Below are positions 26,570 through 41,652 of a stretch of 64,000 nt of DNA, in pieces. This DNA comes from Marsupella aquatica (taxonomy: Eukaryota; Plantae; Marchantiophyta), in assembly GCA_973895155.1 (NCBI GenBank), contig OZ316896.1:23642600-23706599 (forward strand), written 5' to 3'. The notes beneath the pieces are model-generated. The model saw nothing but the letters and a program-made list of their open reading frames with translations. It ran no database searches and was not told where the DNA came from. Numbering within the stretch: position 1 is the first letter of the stretch; each line of letters starts with the position of its first letter. Both the position numbers and the translations under genes were made by a program.

Positions 26570-28558
26570 TCAGGCTCTCAAGGTCCTAAAGTTTTCTTTC
26601 TCAGAATTAGGGACTAAATCGAACACCTCGAGCAAGGTAAACTCTTTCTCTGGGAGAGCTAAAGCACTGGCAAAGGCAGTTGGGTCAAATTCTGCAAGCT
26701 GCAGGGTTTCCCTGTAGCTATCTCCAGCCTCGTTTGCGGGCCCCTTTGCCACACATACCTGCCAGACACGATAGAAACAATCAAATTCGAGATTGTAGGA
26801 GAGAGCGGTGGCGGAAACGGAACCTCAAAGCAAAATCAGAGAACCTAGACATTCCGGTGGCATGACAGCGAAATAACCTGAATAGTTACCGAGTATTTGT
26901 TTCTTATAGTCTGAATAATAAGCAGGGTATAGATGGTCCCTGCTTGAAGTTTGGAAAATACTGTCCCCATCTATTACTGTGCTCTCACAGGTTCTATTAT
27001 GTAAACTCACCCAATGGTCGTCACCCAATTTTCCAAGGGAAAAACGCCAATTTGGTTTCTCATAGCCATCAATTTGCATCTCCGCAACATTACTCCAAAC
27101 AAGTCCCCCGGGATGAGAAAACTCTGCCCTAGTCAACTCAAATCCAAGCCCAATTCCGACTGCTTTGATGTAGGCCTCCTTTAGGCACCACAATCTGCAA
27201 GAGAGGATATACTTAGCCTTGTATACTTAACCTCGTGATGAGTTTCCAGGTTGGAAGAACGTTTGTCAGTGACAAGTCTCAGACCAACAATCTAACCAGG
27301 AAATCTTAGTCGGAATTGACTTTTCAGAGTCCATTTCGTAGATAAAGACGAACTCGAATTTAACCAAGCAAAGAAATCATCCTTCACTACAGACACTTGG
27401 GACTAAGTCCACTGACAACCGCTCGCAGCAAGAACGTGGGTAGATGACAATGCATACCTGTAGAATTGATCGAACAAAGGGCCAGCGTTTGGGCCGGCAC
27501 TGAAGACCAGATTCCACTCATTCTTAGTGTAGCAATGCCTGAAAGGCTCAAAGAATGTCACCGGAGATTCCTCTCTTACAGGTTTGTGCGTCATAATGTC
27601 TACACCTACTAAACATACCGGCTCCGACGCTAAAACCACATAATTCCCATGATGGGCAACGTTGAAATTCAGATTTGGAAATGGAGAATTCTCGATTCGG
27701 TTGGCCTGACCACAGAAAATCGTCCAATGCAAGTCAATAGCGTTTAGCCAACAACGGACAAGGAAACGATGATATAGCTCAAGTTCTTCATAGAGATCAG
27801 AGACGATTGTAAAGTTCACATTAAACTTTTGCTTCATTTGTAAATTAGACTCTTTTCATCCTAGATTTGTCTCCCGCTGCTATTGCGCTTCGCCCTCGAA
27901 ATAAGGTCTAAAAGACGAAGAACTTCATTTCAACATTCCAGGCTACATAATTTAATTCTTACATTTAATTCTTAAAAATTCAGTTCTCTCTCAGCACAAG
28001 CTGTTCTTAGCTCAAGCTGTTGCTCAGTCCAACACAAAGTCAAAAAGGGTGAACGTACAGTGGATTTTTGACAAACTTAAAACGCTTCTTTTATTATCTT
28101 TAGATCAAAAGCGTTAAACAGAGTCAGAAGGTTATGAGTAAGGTTCCCGACCAGATACGGTTTGCCTTCTCTGGTACGTTCTATGCGGATGTCGTCATAG
28201 GCGATTTTTAGAAGAGTATGCACAAGCTTGCGCTGCAACAGCCTACTCACCAATGCTCTCTTTTTATCTTCAAACCTGATGTATCTGCACATCAAGAAAC
28301 TTCAACATTAGCTCTCATCTTGAGATGGCGAAACGTTCGAGCCTCACAGTAGTCAACCGAAACAAAATATGCAAAAGGTAAACAGAGGAATCTCTCTTAC
28401 AATTTTCTTTAACGACAAATCCCAAATTGAAATTTTGCTAACCTCAGGACCAGAGGACGCTCGGAAGCTGGTAGCAGATCAACATATGCGGCAAACTGGG
28501 ATTCCGATGGGGTCCACGTTCGAATGTTGACAGCCCATCGCTGCACTCCGACTTCCAT
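26570..28558 (-). CDS. Sfp/AASDHPPT-type 4'-phosphopantetheinyl transferase; exons 28558-28443, 28284-28152, 27705-27458, 27194-27011, 26758-26570
   Basis: VQRWAV, DKKRALVSRLLQ, RTREGKPYL, FNVAHHG, LVGVDIM, FYRLWCLKEAYIKAVGIGLGF. Confidence 0.94.
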
Positions 28559-29261
28559 AGAGTTCCTGTTATTTCAAGGAACCAGTAAACCAAGAACTAT
28601 TCCTAGGGGCCATATAAATCATGCTGATTACCCCTTATCCTAACAAAGTTAGTGCTCAACTACTTTAGTCGCTGAAACGAGGCAGGATCCTCCGCCTCTT
28701 TCTGGCAAGAGAGAGCCAGAAAGAAACCGGGTGAAGACGGCAAGGCATCACTGCTGGGGCCGCAGCAGCTCGAATGACGGCAGTTTTCCATGGCCTGTTC
28801 CACCTCGGTCAGGTGAGACTATCGAGCGGGCTACACGCTGCTTCTATGGTCATTGCTAGAATTCGTATAGGAGATGCTACAATTTGGTTTCGTCGGCAGA
28901 TTCTGACGAAACTTACGCTTTCAGACACGTAAGGTACGATTGAGCATGGACATTGTAGTGTGCTAGTGAACAACTCCCCTCTCATGATTGAGGTTCCTGG
29001 AAACTCATTTATCATCACCTGGTCTCACTCTTAGATGCTGCACTCCAAAATTTTCAGGTGTCAAATTTTTTGTGTTCAAAGGCTTTAGTGAACCCCATAA
29101 GAGAGTGAAGTCTAATTTTTGTTAGTGTCAAATCTTTTACGCACTAATGACTTTGGTGAAGCCCACTTTGGGATGAGGGTTTGTGCAAAAAGCTAATAAA
29201 CTGATGAAGCTTGGATTGAAAACCTCAATTGCTTCAATGAAGACTGGTACCCCTGGGTTAC

Positions 29262-29475
29262 GTTTGTTGGCACAACTAAAGTTCAGTAAACTCTGCACTA
29301 ATGTGTGTATGCACACTGTAGGTAGCATTTGGACATTTGAACATATGCACCCTCATGTCTTCACCTGTTTGTTGACACAACTAATGTTTAGTAAACTCTG
29401 CACTAATGTGGATATGGACACTGTTAGTAGGTAGCATCTGGAAATTTGAACACATACACCCTCATGTCTTGACCT
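29262..29475. repeat. Tandem duplication, unit about 104 bp
   Basis: gtttgttg.cacaactaa.gtt.agtaaactctgcactaatgtg ... caccctcatgtctt occurs twice. Confidence 0.85.
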
Positions 29476-31063
29476 TTGCTACACTAAGGGCAGCGCAGGA
29501 CAATGGGCAACAATAAATGGTGAGACCCAATAGGCCATAAATGAATTTCCCATGAACGCTAGTCCAAAAGCTCTCATGCCATTGATAAGACACTGTGTTG
29601 GCTAAGAGCACCCAATGTAATCTGTACTTAGTCCAAATATTGAGTCGGATGGAAATTGTCCTGCATCCATCCTACAATGTAGCCATGGACATGTCAAATG
29701 GGTCTGACCCAGACTTAACACGAGAAGGGATGGTGACCATGTTGGAGATTTTAGATGTGTTAATAATTGTGGAGTCATCGGTACAAGTGATCCAACAGCA
29801 CTGGCCTGTTGGCGAATACCTCTTTAACAAGTCCTTAGCTCTAGAGATAGAGTTGCAAATATAGCCTCGCCTCGCCTCGCCTTTGCAATCATATTGACAC
29901 CATTTTGCTAGACAGCAGAGTCAAGAGACTTGACGACCCGGGTCCACCAGATCACACCATTTAGAAAAAATATTTTCTGAGGTAATGAAGGATGTTGACA
30001 TAGTAGAGTCACACAAATTTTAGGAGATATTTTCTTCACATTGCAGAGGCCCCCGAACAGCCCGTAAGCTGCTTGTCGTTGAACCTCTAGCTGCTTCCCA
30101 GAGATATTACTAGTACAAAAGTACTGGGCAGTGGTAGGCTGGTAACACGGTTCCTATCAGACGGCTGATTGTCGCGAATAAATTGCACATATTCTTAAAC
30201 ACAGCTGATTGTCTTGAATAATCTGCAGATTCTATGCTCAAAGAAAAAGATATACCAGGTCAATGACCATATAATGCTTTGGTACAAAACAACTGAACAA
30301 ATCTTCTTGTCTCTGTATTTTCTATTCAACAGTATCCAAAATATCCTATTCAGTGAGGTCTCGTTCCTGAATTTCACTTAGTTCAATCAGAAATCAGAAT
30401 AGTAAACCCTGCCCTGGTTCCTTGGTTCTAGAACGTTATTCATTTAATTATTTTTCCGAGCTCAGTGTGGAAGCTACTTTCTCCACCCTTACAATCTCTG
30501 TGCAAGAAGAAACGAAGACAATATGCTTCAGACAAAAAATCCCGTCAAAAAATTTAGCCATTCCAGGTCGTTTTTCCTTCACAGGGTCTCAAAAAGTGAG
30601 GGCCATGACAGTGAATTGACCCGAGCAACAATTTACGAATTTCCTTACCTTGCATTTGATGGTATAATCCCATAACCTTAAATGTTGCCTGACTACCTTC
30701 ATAACGCTACCTGTGCATTCTTTGTCACTTGATCCCAGTCGGCTCTGAATAAATATCCTAGAAGCATTTACAGCAAGAAAAGGATATTTAAATCAACCAA
30801 AAAATTCTTCTGATCGTGACGGTTGTCACATAGTGAACTGAGATAGTACCGGTTGTTACATTAGCATGGCCTTGCGACCTACAGTGTTAACTCACCCACT
30901 GAGATAGCAGGATCTACTTCTCATTTACTTCCCAGGGTCTAATATTACACCTAAATTGGAAAGATCTGACTATTTCCTAGATTGAAACAATTTGCCCTTT
31001 CTTCAACGAGATCTGCAGATCAAAGCCAATCCAATTACTGTACAACCTCCGTCCTCGTGGAAT

Positions 31064-34000
31064 TCAGGCAACTTCATTGCAGTGAATGAGGACCCAAGGT
31101 GGCTGCTCCTCTTGAAACAGCCTGCACAATCCCCAGATCTTCAAAAGTTGAGCATATGAAAGTTGTGAAAATGCTAGAGTTCCTCAACCTACTTTCCATG
31201 TTCTCTAACATGTCCTGAAGTACCTCATGACGTTTAAGGCAAAAGTAAATTAATCATGAAGATGACGTGTATACTACTATATCTATTCCGACATCTGACA
31301 ACTGGTTTGAGGAGCCACAGAAATATAATTCTTCATCTACGAAAAGGCACAAGACTTATTGGGACTTACGAGTGCTTGCACAGTGCTGGCACGTGAACGA
31401 CAACGGTGTATTTACAGCTGGGAGCTTCCTTTATGGAACGTATCAGCAGCTGCCCACTATCTGAACAAACATACCTCACCTGCACAGTACGGATCAGTCC
31501 CATCCTCTCATCAGACTTAGACTTACAGACGTGACTCTTCCAGTACGCGACGACCTGGTTTCCGGTTGCTGCACCTCCTCATGTAGTCTGGCCAGGTTAC
31601 GGCTCAAGGGTTTAACACCATACTTATTACAGAATAAAACGACTGAAATCAACACTTTCGGGAAACCTGGTAGATATGGGCATAATTTTTGCGATGATAT
31701 TTGCGTGGATACCTCAGTTTCCCTTGGTTCACCAGTGAGGTCACATTTTGTGCCATTTGTATAAAGATGAGCATGGTACCTGCAAGAGCATTAGAAAGAA
31801 CATATCAGGGACCAATACAGTACCGTCACAGGAGAGCACAAATTTGAAGCAACTCTCCCCTACAAGAAGCTTTAGCATCAGAAACTTCCATATGCCATGC
31901 TCGCTCATATCACCTGAAATGTACATGCAACTCTTAATTTAGTTCCCATTATAATCCCCAAAAGGTTATCGGATTCCCACCTCTGTGCTGCCGTTTGAGA
32001 ACGAAGATCTTTCTGTAGAAACGATTCTTCCGAACTTCTGTGCAATTCTTCAGTAGCCTCTTTATCGTATTGCCCCAGAATAAACTCCTGGGTTATTTGG
32101 CCCTTCATTTAAGAGCAGAAAAGAGTGGTCACCAAAAGAGCTTTCATGCAACTAATTCCAAGCTTGGCAATTATCAACATAACCTTTTGAAAAAAGAAGT
32201 TCAAAGAGATCACGTCGACAGTTAACCAGTGGTCTCCCATATATTCATGGAAAAATATCTTTCCTCTATATCTACCTTTTTGTTGCCATTGCTGGTATCA
32301 GCATGAAACTGACGAACATCACCTTTAAAGCACAGAACGTAACTCCACCATCCTTCATCCTGCATCAAACATCACATTGCATAAACCTAACAACTCTAAG
32401 GGAGATCTGCTTCCAATCGTTTCACCTATCTTTGTCAATTCACCTCTTGTTAACCACGAGAAACGATTCAAGTCTGTTTACACATTCACATATGCAGCAA
32501 GGACTTCAGTAACACGGTAACTTCTATTTACCCTGCGATAGCAGTAATTGTTCAATTCCACTAACAATTCTTCCGGTGATTTTTTTGTGCTCCGCTCGTC
32601 CATAACTAGGCCATTGCTACTGCCATTCTGCACATCTCCTGTCTTTCCCTTGTGAGGCACCCGAGGGTTGGAGAGGGCGCAGACATATCTTTTCCCGTCT
32701 CTGTCTGTCATTGGAATCTTTTCTTGCTCATCGGTCTGCGCAATATCAATGCTTTCAATGACAGCAACTTCTTGAAACCGTCATATTGGCAACAACAACC
32801 CGTTTCGCCTAACTTAATAACAGCTAAAGGAATAGACTTTAAATATTTTTCTCTGCTACAAAAGCGGCACTTTGAGCTCGATGAAGAGGAGTCTAATTCA
32901 CCTGCCTGGTCTTGACCGACATAACCTAGTTCCTGCAAAACATTGAAACGACAAATGAGACCGCCCAAGCAATGAACAGTGATGTGATTGCTCACCGTTG
33001 GAAAAGGGGAATCGAGCTGATGAAACTCAATCTTGTACTTTGGATCTTCAAAGCTTTGGACAAAGGGCATATCTCCACCTGTCCAAAAGACAAAGCCATC
33101 ATCAAAACAACCCATTCAGAACCACATCGACGTATAACATTACATTCTCAGATGCCCTTGGACCAAAATGCATAACAAGGATTGACAACGATCTTACGGA
33201 TTACCGCATCAAGGTCAGTACCAACATCTTGTGCCCCCGATGTACAATGGACTTAATTAGGGCAACATAAAGAGCCCGGCAAAGCTACCTCCTCAGAGAG
33301 ATGAGAAACTGATGCTCTAATGTATTCAATGAGTAGCAACACTAAAACCGTCGAACATAGAAGTCTGGGGCCAGCTGGCAATATGCAGGGGCCCTCGTCA
33401 TGTAGCAGGTAACAGCAGAGAGCATACGTAGTGGAAGTATTTTAACAGAGCATTGCTAGTTTGGATACATTTCTTAGCTTTAAATGCAAAGGAAAATGGG
33501 ATTATGCTCGAGTTTTGACCAGAATGTGGGCATGTATGTAATAGAGACAAACAAGAGAAAATGATTGTGTCGGCCCACATCTCGCAAAAATTCTCCCACA
33601 GGAAGTAGCCGACCATAGCAATCAAAGAAAATAATTTTAGCCAATCTTTTCAACTTCGTAATCCTTACTTGGCATTCTAAGCATCAAACCCTAGACCTCC
33701 AACCGCTTTGCCAGTTGGGTGAGAAGAGAACCCACGAATTAGCATGCTGTCTTCCAGATCCTACAATTTCCAATGGTGTACCGTTCTTGAATCTTTCTGA
33801 CCAAATTGTGGATCAGACAGGTGTACTTCCTTTTAAGGTAGAGCTCTCAGGTTTAAGAGCGGTGGTTAAAATAATGTCGCGCAATTGTCAGGAGCAACGA
33901 GGACCGGGTCTTGTCCTTTGTGGCATTTTGCACTATACTGTGAATTATGAGGCTCACAGATCGGATCGATCATGCCCGACATCAGCGAAAAATAAATCCT

Positions 34001-34207
34001 CGCTTAGAAAATGTCCTGGCCCAGTGCGCAGGTTCTCCACTCGACCTCAATTGAATGGAAATATCAAATTGAATGGATGATGCCCAAGGAGAGGGGACGG
34101 TACACAAAGAAGTGGTGGAGTGACGCACTAGTTAAGATGCCCTCAGCCCTGGAAACGGCGAGACAACAGCACCCCAGCAAAACCAACAGCAACGGCCATG
34201 GCTCCAT
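31064..34207 (-). CDS. OS9: ER lectin OS-9 homolog (MRH domain, ERAD); about 8 exons
   Basis: Signal peptide MEPWPLLLVLLGCCCLAVSRA; then DPKYKIEF, DGKRYVCAL, KSPEELL, EGWWSY, ITQEFILGQYDKEAT, YTNGTKCDLTGEPRETE, VRYVCS..EAPSCKY..PALCKH, LFQEE..IHCNEVA*. Confidence 0.92.
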
Positions 34208-35125
34208 CACATCAGTAGGTGCTTGTCTCAAGATTCAAACCAGTCGCGTCTTGGCTGGAGGCGACCTCGAAACTCGTACATACAATTCGTGCGAATCCCC
34301 TCACCAACGAAACATGTTCCTGAACACACCAATTAAGACATATTCCTTTCGCCAGTATGAGAAAACTCGCTCGTGAAATCTGAACATTCCGGCAGAGATG
34401 TGACAAGCTACTACCTGAGTGAATATGCTTTCACTAGAAACGAAGTGATCTTTGTATAGAGCTACTTTTCGAGACGAAAACAGAGGAGATCTCAAGCTTC
34501 GGTTGAATTGCAAAGAATGTTGTTGGCGGACACTGAAGTGAAACAATTGATGAAATGCATCACTGAACGAATGAAACAACTTTTACAAACCCACATTTGA
34601 TACCCGCAATTGAATCTTGGGAGACCTCTCAATGAAGGGGCCTGACTATCTCACCAGGAGAGGAGAGGAGAGGAGAGAGAGTAAATGGTTGAAGGTTGAA
34701 CCCTGTAACACGAGTCCTCACGGAGAGAACCCCCTCGTGAATACAGAGTACTGTACCGTGATCGTCGGCAGAGCAACGTGAGATTCAATGAGCCCTCGCC
34801 TTGCCCTGCCGCAAATCACACATCACAAGTGTGTTAATATAGGTGTGAAACTCATTGATTTAAAGAAAATACCCTTAATCACACATCACAAGTGTGTTAA
34901 TGTTAATACAGGTGTGCACTCATTGATGTAAAGAAAATAAAGAGATTTATTATGGTAGAGAGTGATGTGGTAAATGGCATATGTTATATTTTAATGTGCA
35001 ATTACCAGGACCTTGTCTTGTCCAGCTTATAATAATATACAGCGAGTGACAAATCCATAGTGTCCTGATCCCTTGATCATGCTACCTCTGTCAGAGTGCT
35101 AGCAGGCCCCTTAAATTTCATGAAA

Positions 35126-35337
35126 TCTGCTCAAAGAGGCATGGTGTGATAGGTGACTGCGTGCTAGCTCACTTGAGTTGAGACTCATAAGTCTAGTGTT
35201 CAAATATTGTGATTAATTATTCCTTTCTTTGGGGTTTCACGGATTTTCCTTTCACTTGAGTTGAGACTCATAAGTCTAGTGTTCAAATATTGTGATTCAC
35301 GGATTTTCCTTTAAAAAACTTGTAGATAAAATATTGA
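35126..35337 (+). mobile_element. Second copy of the SINE family seen at 19172, with an internal duplication
   Basis: Shares catggt.tg, agactcata.gtctag..ttcaaat.ttgtg and tgggg.ttcac; imperfect TSD aaatt(c)tcatgaaa on both sides. Confidence 0.65.
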
Positions 35338-36756
35338 AATTCTCATGAAAGGTTGGCATAGTGAACAAGGTGGTGATCTACTTCTGGGTTCTTGATTTCT
35401 AACCTTGATGCGAAAGAGTCCATGAGTTCCAGGGTCGAGCTATTGAAGGGGGTATAATCAACATTATACAAAAACTGAACGACTAGTAACTGTCCTGTAA
35501 CGAGTCTCAGGTTACTAGTCAGTAACCCTCCAAACAGATGTGGAATGTAAGGAAAACCTCATATGCAACACGGCAACTGGGAAGTTTTTCTGAGCTGTCT
35601 AGGAACAAGGGTTCGGGCCAGAACCCATACCTCCATTATAGTATGTAATTACTGTCCAGAAAAAATTATTTTTGTGCAACAAATTATGGGAATAGCCAGT
35701 ACATCCTAAAATGGTTACACCCCAGTAACCTGGACAAAATTCACCAAATATCTTGTTTGTTTGGTACCCTGGTTGGTCATCAGTTGTGACAGTTCATTCT
35801 AGACCATAGGCTCCCTAGTGTAGCATTTTACTTAGCTTTGGATCACAAATTAGTACTTTGATATTAGAGCTCTAGAAACTAAGGCCGGGTGGGAGAATCA
35901 CAATGATGACTACCGGCAGTGGTACTGATGCTGGCAGCTGTGCAAGGACCTCCCCCGGGAATGCTATCTGTGTGTGGAGCTGTTATTTGGGAGTTGAGCA
36001 AAGGTACGCAAACTTTAACTGAATGTAAGAATGGATGAACGACAAAGTAGGGGCCGGGCCTGCATTGAATATCAGTCTTAGCAGGTTGGCAAGAATGGAA
36101 TGAAGTGCCAAACCTAGGTCCTAAGTCTACTCTAAAGTCAATGGGCAAACAAGTTCACCCGATGAAAATGGAAGTAATGATGTTTTATCTAAGCGTCTAG
36201 CTCATCAGTGTTATATACAGATTAAAAAGTGCTCTTGTTGGAGAGAGACACCACCTAGGTTTCGGCACCTGGCCTTGTTGATGCCCACCTACTAGCTTAG
36301 TGCCCAGGACTTATTTAGTGCTGGGACACCCCTGCTGCGTCATTCATCCACCCATTCAACAAATCTGTTGAATATTCATTTTTGATTCTCTTGAACGCAT
36401 TGAATATGCATAAAAAGTCCTCAACACCTTATGAAACCACAAAGATTTCCCTAAAAACAGTACCACTTGCTGAATTCTTCACGTCCGTGATTACGACGGC
36501 CGAAGTGAGGCACAGTGAAGTTTCTTGACTTGAGAGAAATTCAGCATTCCCGCCATCGACACTATGTCTGGAACTGCAATGAGACCGAAGACTATGAACA
36601 TATGTAGTTTACGCGTCTGCAGTCCTACACAAGAGATACTGTAAAGTGTCTGCCATGCGGACACTCCTGGGCCCCCCCGATCTGTATGCTGGCTATTTGA
36701 ATGGAATTCTTTTGGTTTTTTCGAGGCAAAAAAAGAGATCCTGTAAAGTGTCTGCC

Positions 36757-37001
36757 ATGCGGCCCCTCTTCCACTCCCGGGATCTGCTCTGACTAAATCA
36801 AGTTACGATATAGTTTCTTCTATTGAGCATTTAGCAATTCTGGAGTTGCTGCCCAGGTGAATCTCCAAGGTAGAGATCCATGCGGCCCCTCTTCCACTCA
36901 CGGGATCTGCTCTGACAGAATCAAGTTACGATATAGTTTCTTCTATTGAGCATTTAGCAATTCTGGAGTTGCTGCCCAGGTGAATCTCCAAGGTAGAGAT
37001 C
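36757..37001. repeat. Near-identical tandem duplication, unit about 122 bp
   Basis: catgcggcccctcttccactc.cgggatctgctctgac ... ggtagagatc occurs twice. Confidence 0.9.
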
Positions 37002-38111
37002 CAGCCTCCAAGGCTTCCCACATCCAATTGCACTTTGCAGGAAAACATTGCCCTGCCAATCCTTACCCTCAAATATCTCATTCCTTGCCGCAGAATTCGC
37101 GGTCTCTTCATATATCTGCCAATCAGATGTGCCACAGCATACGTTTCATACACCAACGTGCGATTTCAGGACATGCTCTTAGAACCGAGTGACTTGAGGC
37201 TAGGATCACTGTGGATATGACAATTGCGTGTGTTCGCCGTAGGGCAACAAACGAAATTCACTCTTCAGGATAGACAGCGGTGGTCCTCTGCAGAAGTATT
37301 TTTGAAACAGACCTCGAGGAGAACCTGACTTACGAAAGGGGGGCTCGCTCGAGAAACACTCTACCGGAAATATCCTTTCCGCCTTCGAACCCCCCAAGTT
37401 TTCCAGCTCCAAGGATGTCCCAGGTCAACACTTCACTCATTGACTTGACATCGACAGCAATTCCAGCTCGCAAGAGATTGTCCTCGTCAATCATCCGAAG
37501 ACTCCAATAAATGGCCACATGCCTGCTTCTCTCCTCGTGCCGCGCTCTAGGTATGGTCGGCGGAGTCTACATCCACCAAGTGCATCCAACCTTGAACAGC
37601 GCAACTTCACGTCCATCCCCCCTGACTTGGGAACTATAAAGCTAGAGAGGCCACACTTGAAAGAAAGGCGTACTCTCCTGCCGCTCATTTGTGCCGCTCG
37701 TGAGACTTGATCTATACCCTCTACGTCCACCCGATGCAACCAACTTTGGAGAATGCAACAACATTTAGTGAATGAAAACTGAAGGACCTCTAGAAGTCGC
37801 ACTTCACCAACAGAGGACCCCTCTGTGACTGCCATAATCCCGTTGAAGGTGCCAACAAGAATCGCCAGCATGATTGTACTTGGTCGTTCAAGGACAGATG
37901 GCTGAGAGGTTTGGTCTTGGTCCATTAGGTGGCGATTTTTCAATTCCCCCACGAAGGAGGCGGTACAAAGGATCTTCAAGGACATCAGACGATCTCTTGG
38001 CGAAGTTCGCAGCTCCGTGCCTCTGCAGGGGGTTGCGAGGGTTCAATGGGGATCGCTCCTTTTGAAGCTACGGCAGCCCTTTCCTTTGGTTACTTACAAG
38101 CTTGAGAAGTC

Positions 38112-40429
38112 TTACCCGGCATGATCAGGCGAGTTCACAGAATCGTCGAAGCCGATGTTCCAAAACCCGTCTGGAGTTGGAGGAGGAAGGTACTTGAAAC
38201 GATGTCGGGAGACAGCATCTTGATGCTCACATTTGGAAGCCAGCATTCCAGTCACATCCCCGGTTGCTACAGCATCATAAAACCTCTTGCAAGTTTTGCA
38301 ATCAATCCCCTGCAGCGCTTCCCTGTCGCGTTTCTTCCGAACCGGTTCATTGAACTTGAAAGGAGGGGCCTTTGATACAGAAGCTTTAGATTCCTTCCTG
38401 TCGGAAAAACCAGCGTTGCTTGCTTCAACCATCAATAGAGAGGTTGCGGAAGGATCTTTTTGTCGCTGAGCTCCTTTGCCTCCCTCTCTAGCTTCTATAC
38501 TTCCGCAGTTCAGTTTGTTTGTAACCGGACCCCGACTACCATGTGGAACAGCGAGAATTTGGGCGGTCCGAGCTTCTTCAAGCTGAGCCAGAACTCTCTC
38601 ACGGGGTGTATCAAGAAAACTATCATGCGGATCTATATCAGAGGGTTCGGCCCGATATCTCGTTTTCCTCCACGATTGTTCTTTGGGTCCCTTCCCTTGC
38701 TTGTTTTCCACCTTTGCCCTAGAAGGTGGTCTGAAATTCGGAAGATTAGGTGAAATTGAAACCAGAGGTCCAGCTTTTCCCACAACGGCTGTGTCCTCCT
38801 GCACCTTCTTCTGCCCTACGACTCGACGCGGAATAAAGTCACTTGCCCTGCCAGATGGAAGCTGCAAGGGTTCATCACAAGGTTCTGCCTCGGTTTCACT
38901 TGCGATGGAAACGACAGGATACTCCTGAACGATGCCAGCTGAGCTAGGGTTCACTTGGACAACATCCATGACAGTCTCATCAGAATCAACAAACCGAGCA
39001 GGAGGGCAAGCCCTGGATTCTGCATCACACTTTGATTTCGGTTTTTGAGTGCAAATTATATTTTGGGCATGAATTTCTCGCGAATCCTTCGCTGGTTCAC
39101 CTTGACCTCTAGCCTCTGCTGAAGGAGGGCTTTCCAAAGAAACTACGAATGCTTCCCCACAGGGCGCCCTGTCAGCCTCCATTTCGAGTGGTGATCTCTC
39201 TCGCGATTGTTCCTTCATTTCCAGATCGGATACAGGGCAATCCACACCTTGGTCAACATCTGCAAGGGAAACGAGACCCTGCACAAATTAGCTACAATGG
39301 CAAGGAATCCTGCAAGCTGAGTACAAGAAGAATATAGCATGTAGATCTCCAAAAGTTCTTCATAAAACATTGACCTGCAGCTTCCATTGGGCAGGCAGAG
39401 GAGCGCCTCTGCCTCCAACCCTCGTGGAAGGCCAAACTCTACTTCTACCTTATTTCCACATCATACCATCCGTTGTCTCCAGGACCGCACTAAACTTTTG
39501 CTTCAACCCCTCTACCCTCAAGTCCAACACACAGACCTCATATTCTCCCTCGTCTCACATTCCGAATCAAAATATTGGTGCATCGTAGTTGAGCATCACA
39601 AAATGTGAATTCGGCAAGGGCGACTGTCTTAAATGCGAACTGTAAACTATCCCATTATTAAATATATTCAAAAATCTCCTCGTCTAAAAAGCATCAGATA
39701 AAGAACAGCAATGGGCAAGAGCATCGTACTCTGATTGGCGTCTTCACAAATTGGCCGACCTTGGAGACTGAAGGCACATGGTACGGGAGGACTCTCTTTC
39801 AAATTCTGTGATTGTTCGGAACTAACCGGGTCCACGTTTTTCCCAGCCGTCAAGGAGCTGGGGCTTTCAACCTTTAAGAGTTTCTTTTGACTCTTCAGGG
39901 ATAACCGGCTTTGAAGAACTTCAGACTTTCCCTGAGATCGCGTCAATTCGACCTTCTGCTTCTCTGCCTTGCGAAATAGCTCGTGGGGGGTCGAAGGTAG
40001 CTGCTTCTCTACATTCAGATTCTGTTCCAACAGGCTTTGCAGCTTCTTTTGCAGAATTTGGTTGTCAGTCTCCAATCTCGTTCCTTTCTTCAAAAGTTGC
40101 TCCAACTCCATCCGCAATGAAAGGTTCCCGGCGCGGAGACGAGTTCTTTCATCATGCTCTTTATTGCTAACATCGACAAACTTTTCGAGTTCTGTAATTT
40201 TGCGTCGGGAATTCTCTATTTCACTACAAATGGCCGGCCAGAGTTCCTCGCAGAATGTAGCCTGCAACTGATCGATGAAATCTTTCGCGTCCATAATGGT
40301 GGCAACGAACAGAGTGCCGAGGTCCCAGAGGGAGCTACTCGTATCTTTAAAAGAGGAAGCCATCAAGCCGAACTGAGGATGAACAAGATCGGGCAGTCGG
40401 CTTCGGTGCGTCGATTCCAAGTTACACAT
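38112..40429 (-). CDS. COM1: GAMMA RESPONSE 1 / COM1 (CtIP/Sae2 DNA end-resection factor); exons about 40429 (or 40363)-39730 and 39259-38112
   Basis: N-terminal LGTLFVATIMDAKDFIDQLQATFC plus coiled coil; C-terminal SAE2 domain EPVRKKRDREALQGIDCKTCKRFYDA..SRHRF..PPTPDGFWNIGF. Confidence 0.92.
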
Positions 40430-41652
40430 AGTGCATTCAAAACTCCAACCTTTGCAGGTCAAGCCAACTAACTGTCTTCCAGTTTTGGCAGTCTGCTACG
40501 GCGCCTGTATCGAGCACTATGATGGACGTCAGCTCACGACAAACGGGGTCTCATTGTACGCCTCATTCAAACGGAACAATTTCCAATCTATCCATCCAAG
40601 CTTGCACTAAACCCCAGCCCTGATTTTCGAACAGTACAGACAATCTGGCAAATCTTCAGCAATTCACGCCAATGTTCACATTTGTAGGTCCAGTTCTATC
40701 AGCTCGCAAAACGATGTTGCTCATCTCCATCCCCCGGAACTCTGTCACAACGATGTTCGTTCATATTCAAACACGTCTTAAACAGGACCACTGCCAGTAC
40801 TCTCCATTCTAGCCAACGATTCGCAACCTAAATCAAGCAAGTTCCAAGCACAGGTCACAAGCGCTGCACCTAGAGTTCCAATTCTAATCCCACGTGTAAG
40901 TGGGCTTCAGTACACTAGCTTTCCTAGCGAGATGCCCCCTTTGCGCCATCCACCTTGCAGAGACCATACTCTGCTACCCGACATTGAAGCATGCAGTACG
41001 ACGGAAGGAGATTTAAGGACTTGTCAAAAACCCCAAGGGAGGGCACTGGCACTGGAGTCTTGACCGTCGAACCACTCCTTCATTCGTTCAATCGTTCAAT
41101 CATTCACGTAATCCTCGATTTTCTTCTATGATACTTTGCATCCATAAACCAAGACTCTTCAAGCCATTTCCGTTCCGTCATTCGTCATCCCTGACCTGCA
41201 AAATGCGGTCAGCGAGTTGCCTTCCACTAATCGCGCGGGGTTTCGAATTCGCTCCCTTCGTCCGGTAACCAGCACGGCCATTCACAATCGGATCACTACG
41301 GCACCACCACACAAAAGTCGTCACTCTAACGAGAAACGACGCCTCCCATGGTCGTTGCTGTTGAGCCTTGCTTCCGCCGAAAGCCACGCAGTCAAGCAAC
41401 TCTCCAAGCTGCCATGCTAAAATTGGATTAGCTGCCACGATCATCTTCGGATTTCAAGCGAATTGGTGAATTTCTCTGCTCGGAGTGCTACTGTGTCCCA
41501 TGCCGATCGATCTTCGGGGCGGGGCGCTCCACGTCTTCGTGTGACTTTTCAAATTCCGAAGCGCTGTTGTGGAACCGCCATTTCTTGCCTCCCATCAGAG
41601 ACAATTCATATTCGTATTGCTTACTCAATTGCTTCGCGCCTACGCTACACCA

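Noticed and set aside
26570-28558. PPTase as marker of a biosynthetic gene cluster
   Set aside because: Housekeeping-type spliced plant PPTase; no PKS or NRPS genes in the window.
37491-37985. 164-aa minus-strand ORF downstream of COM1
   Set aside because: No recognisable domain; probably 3' UTR. Not excluded without expression data.
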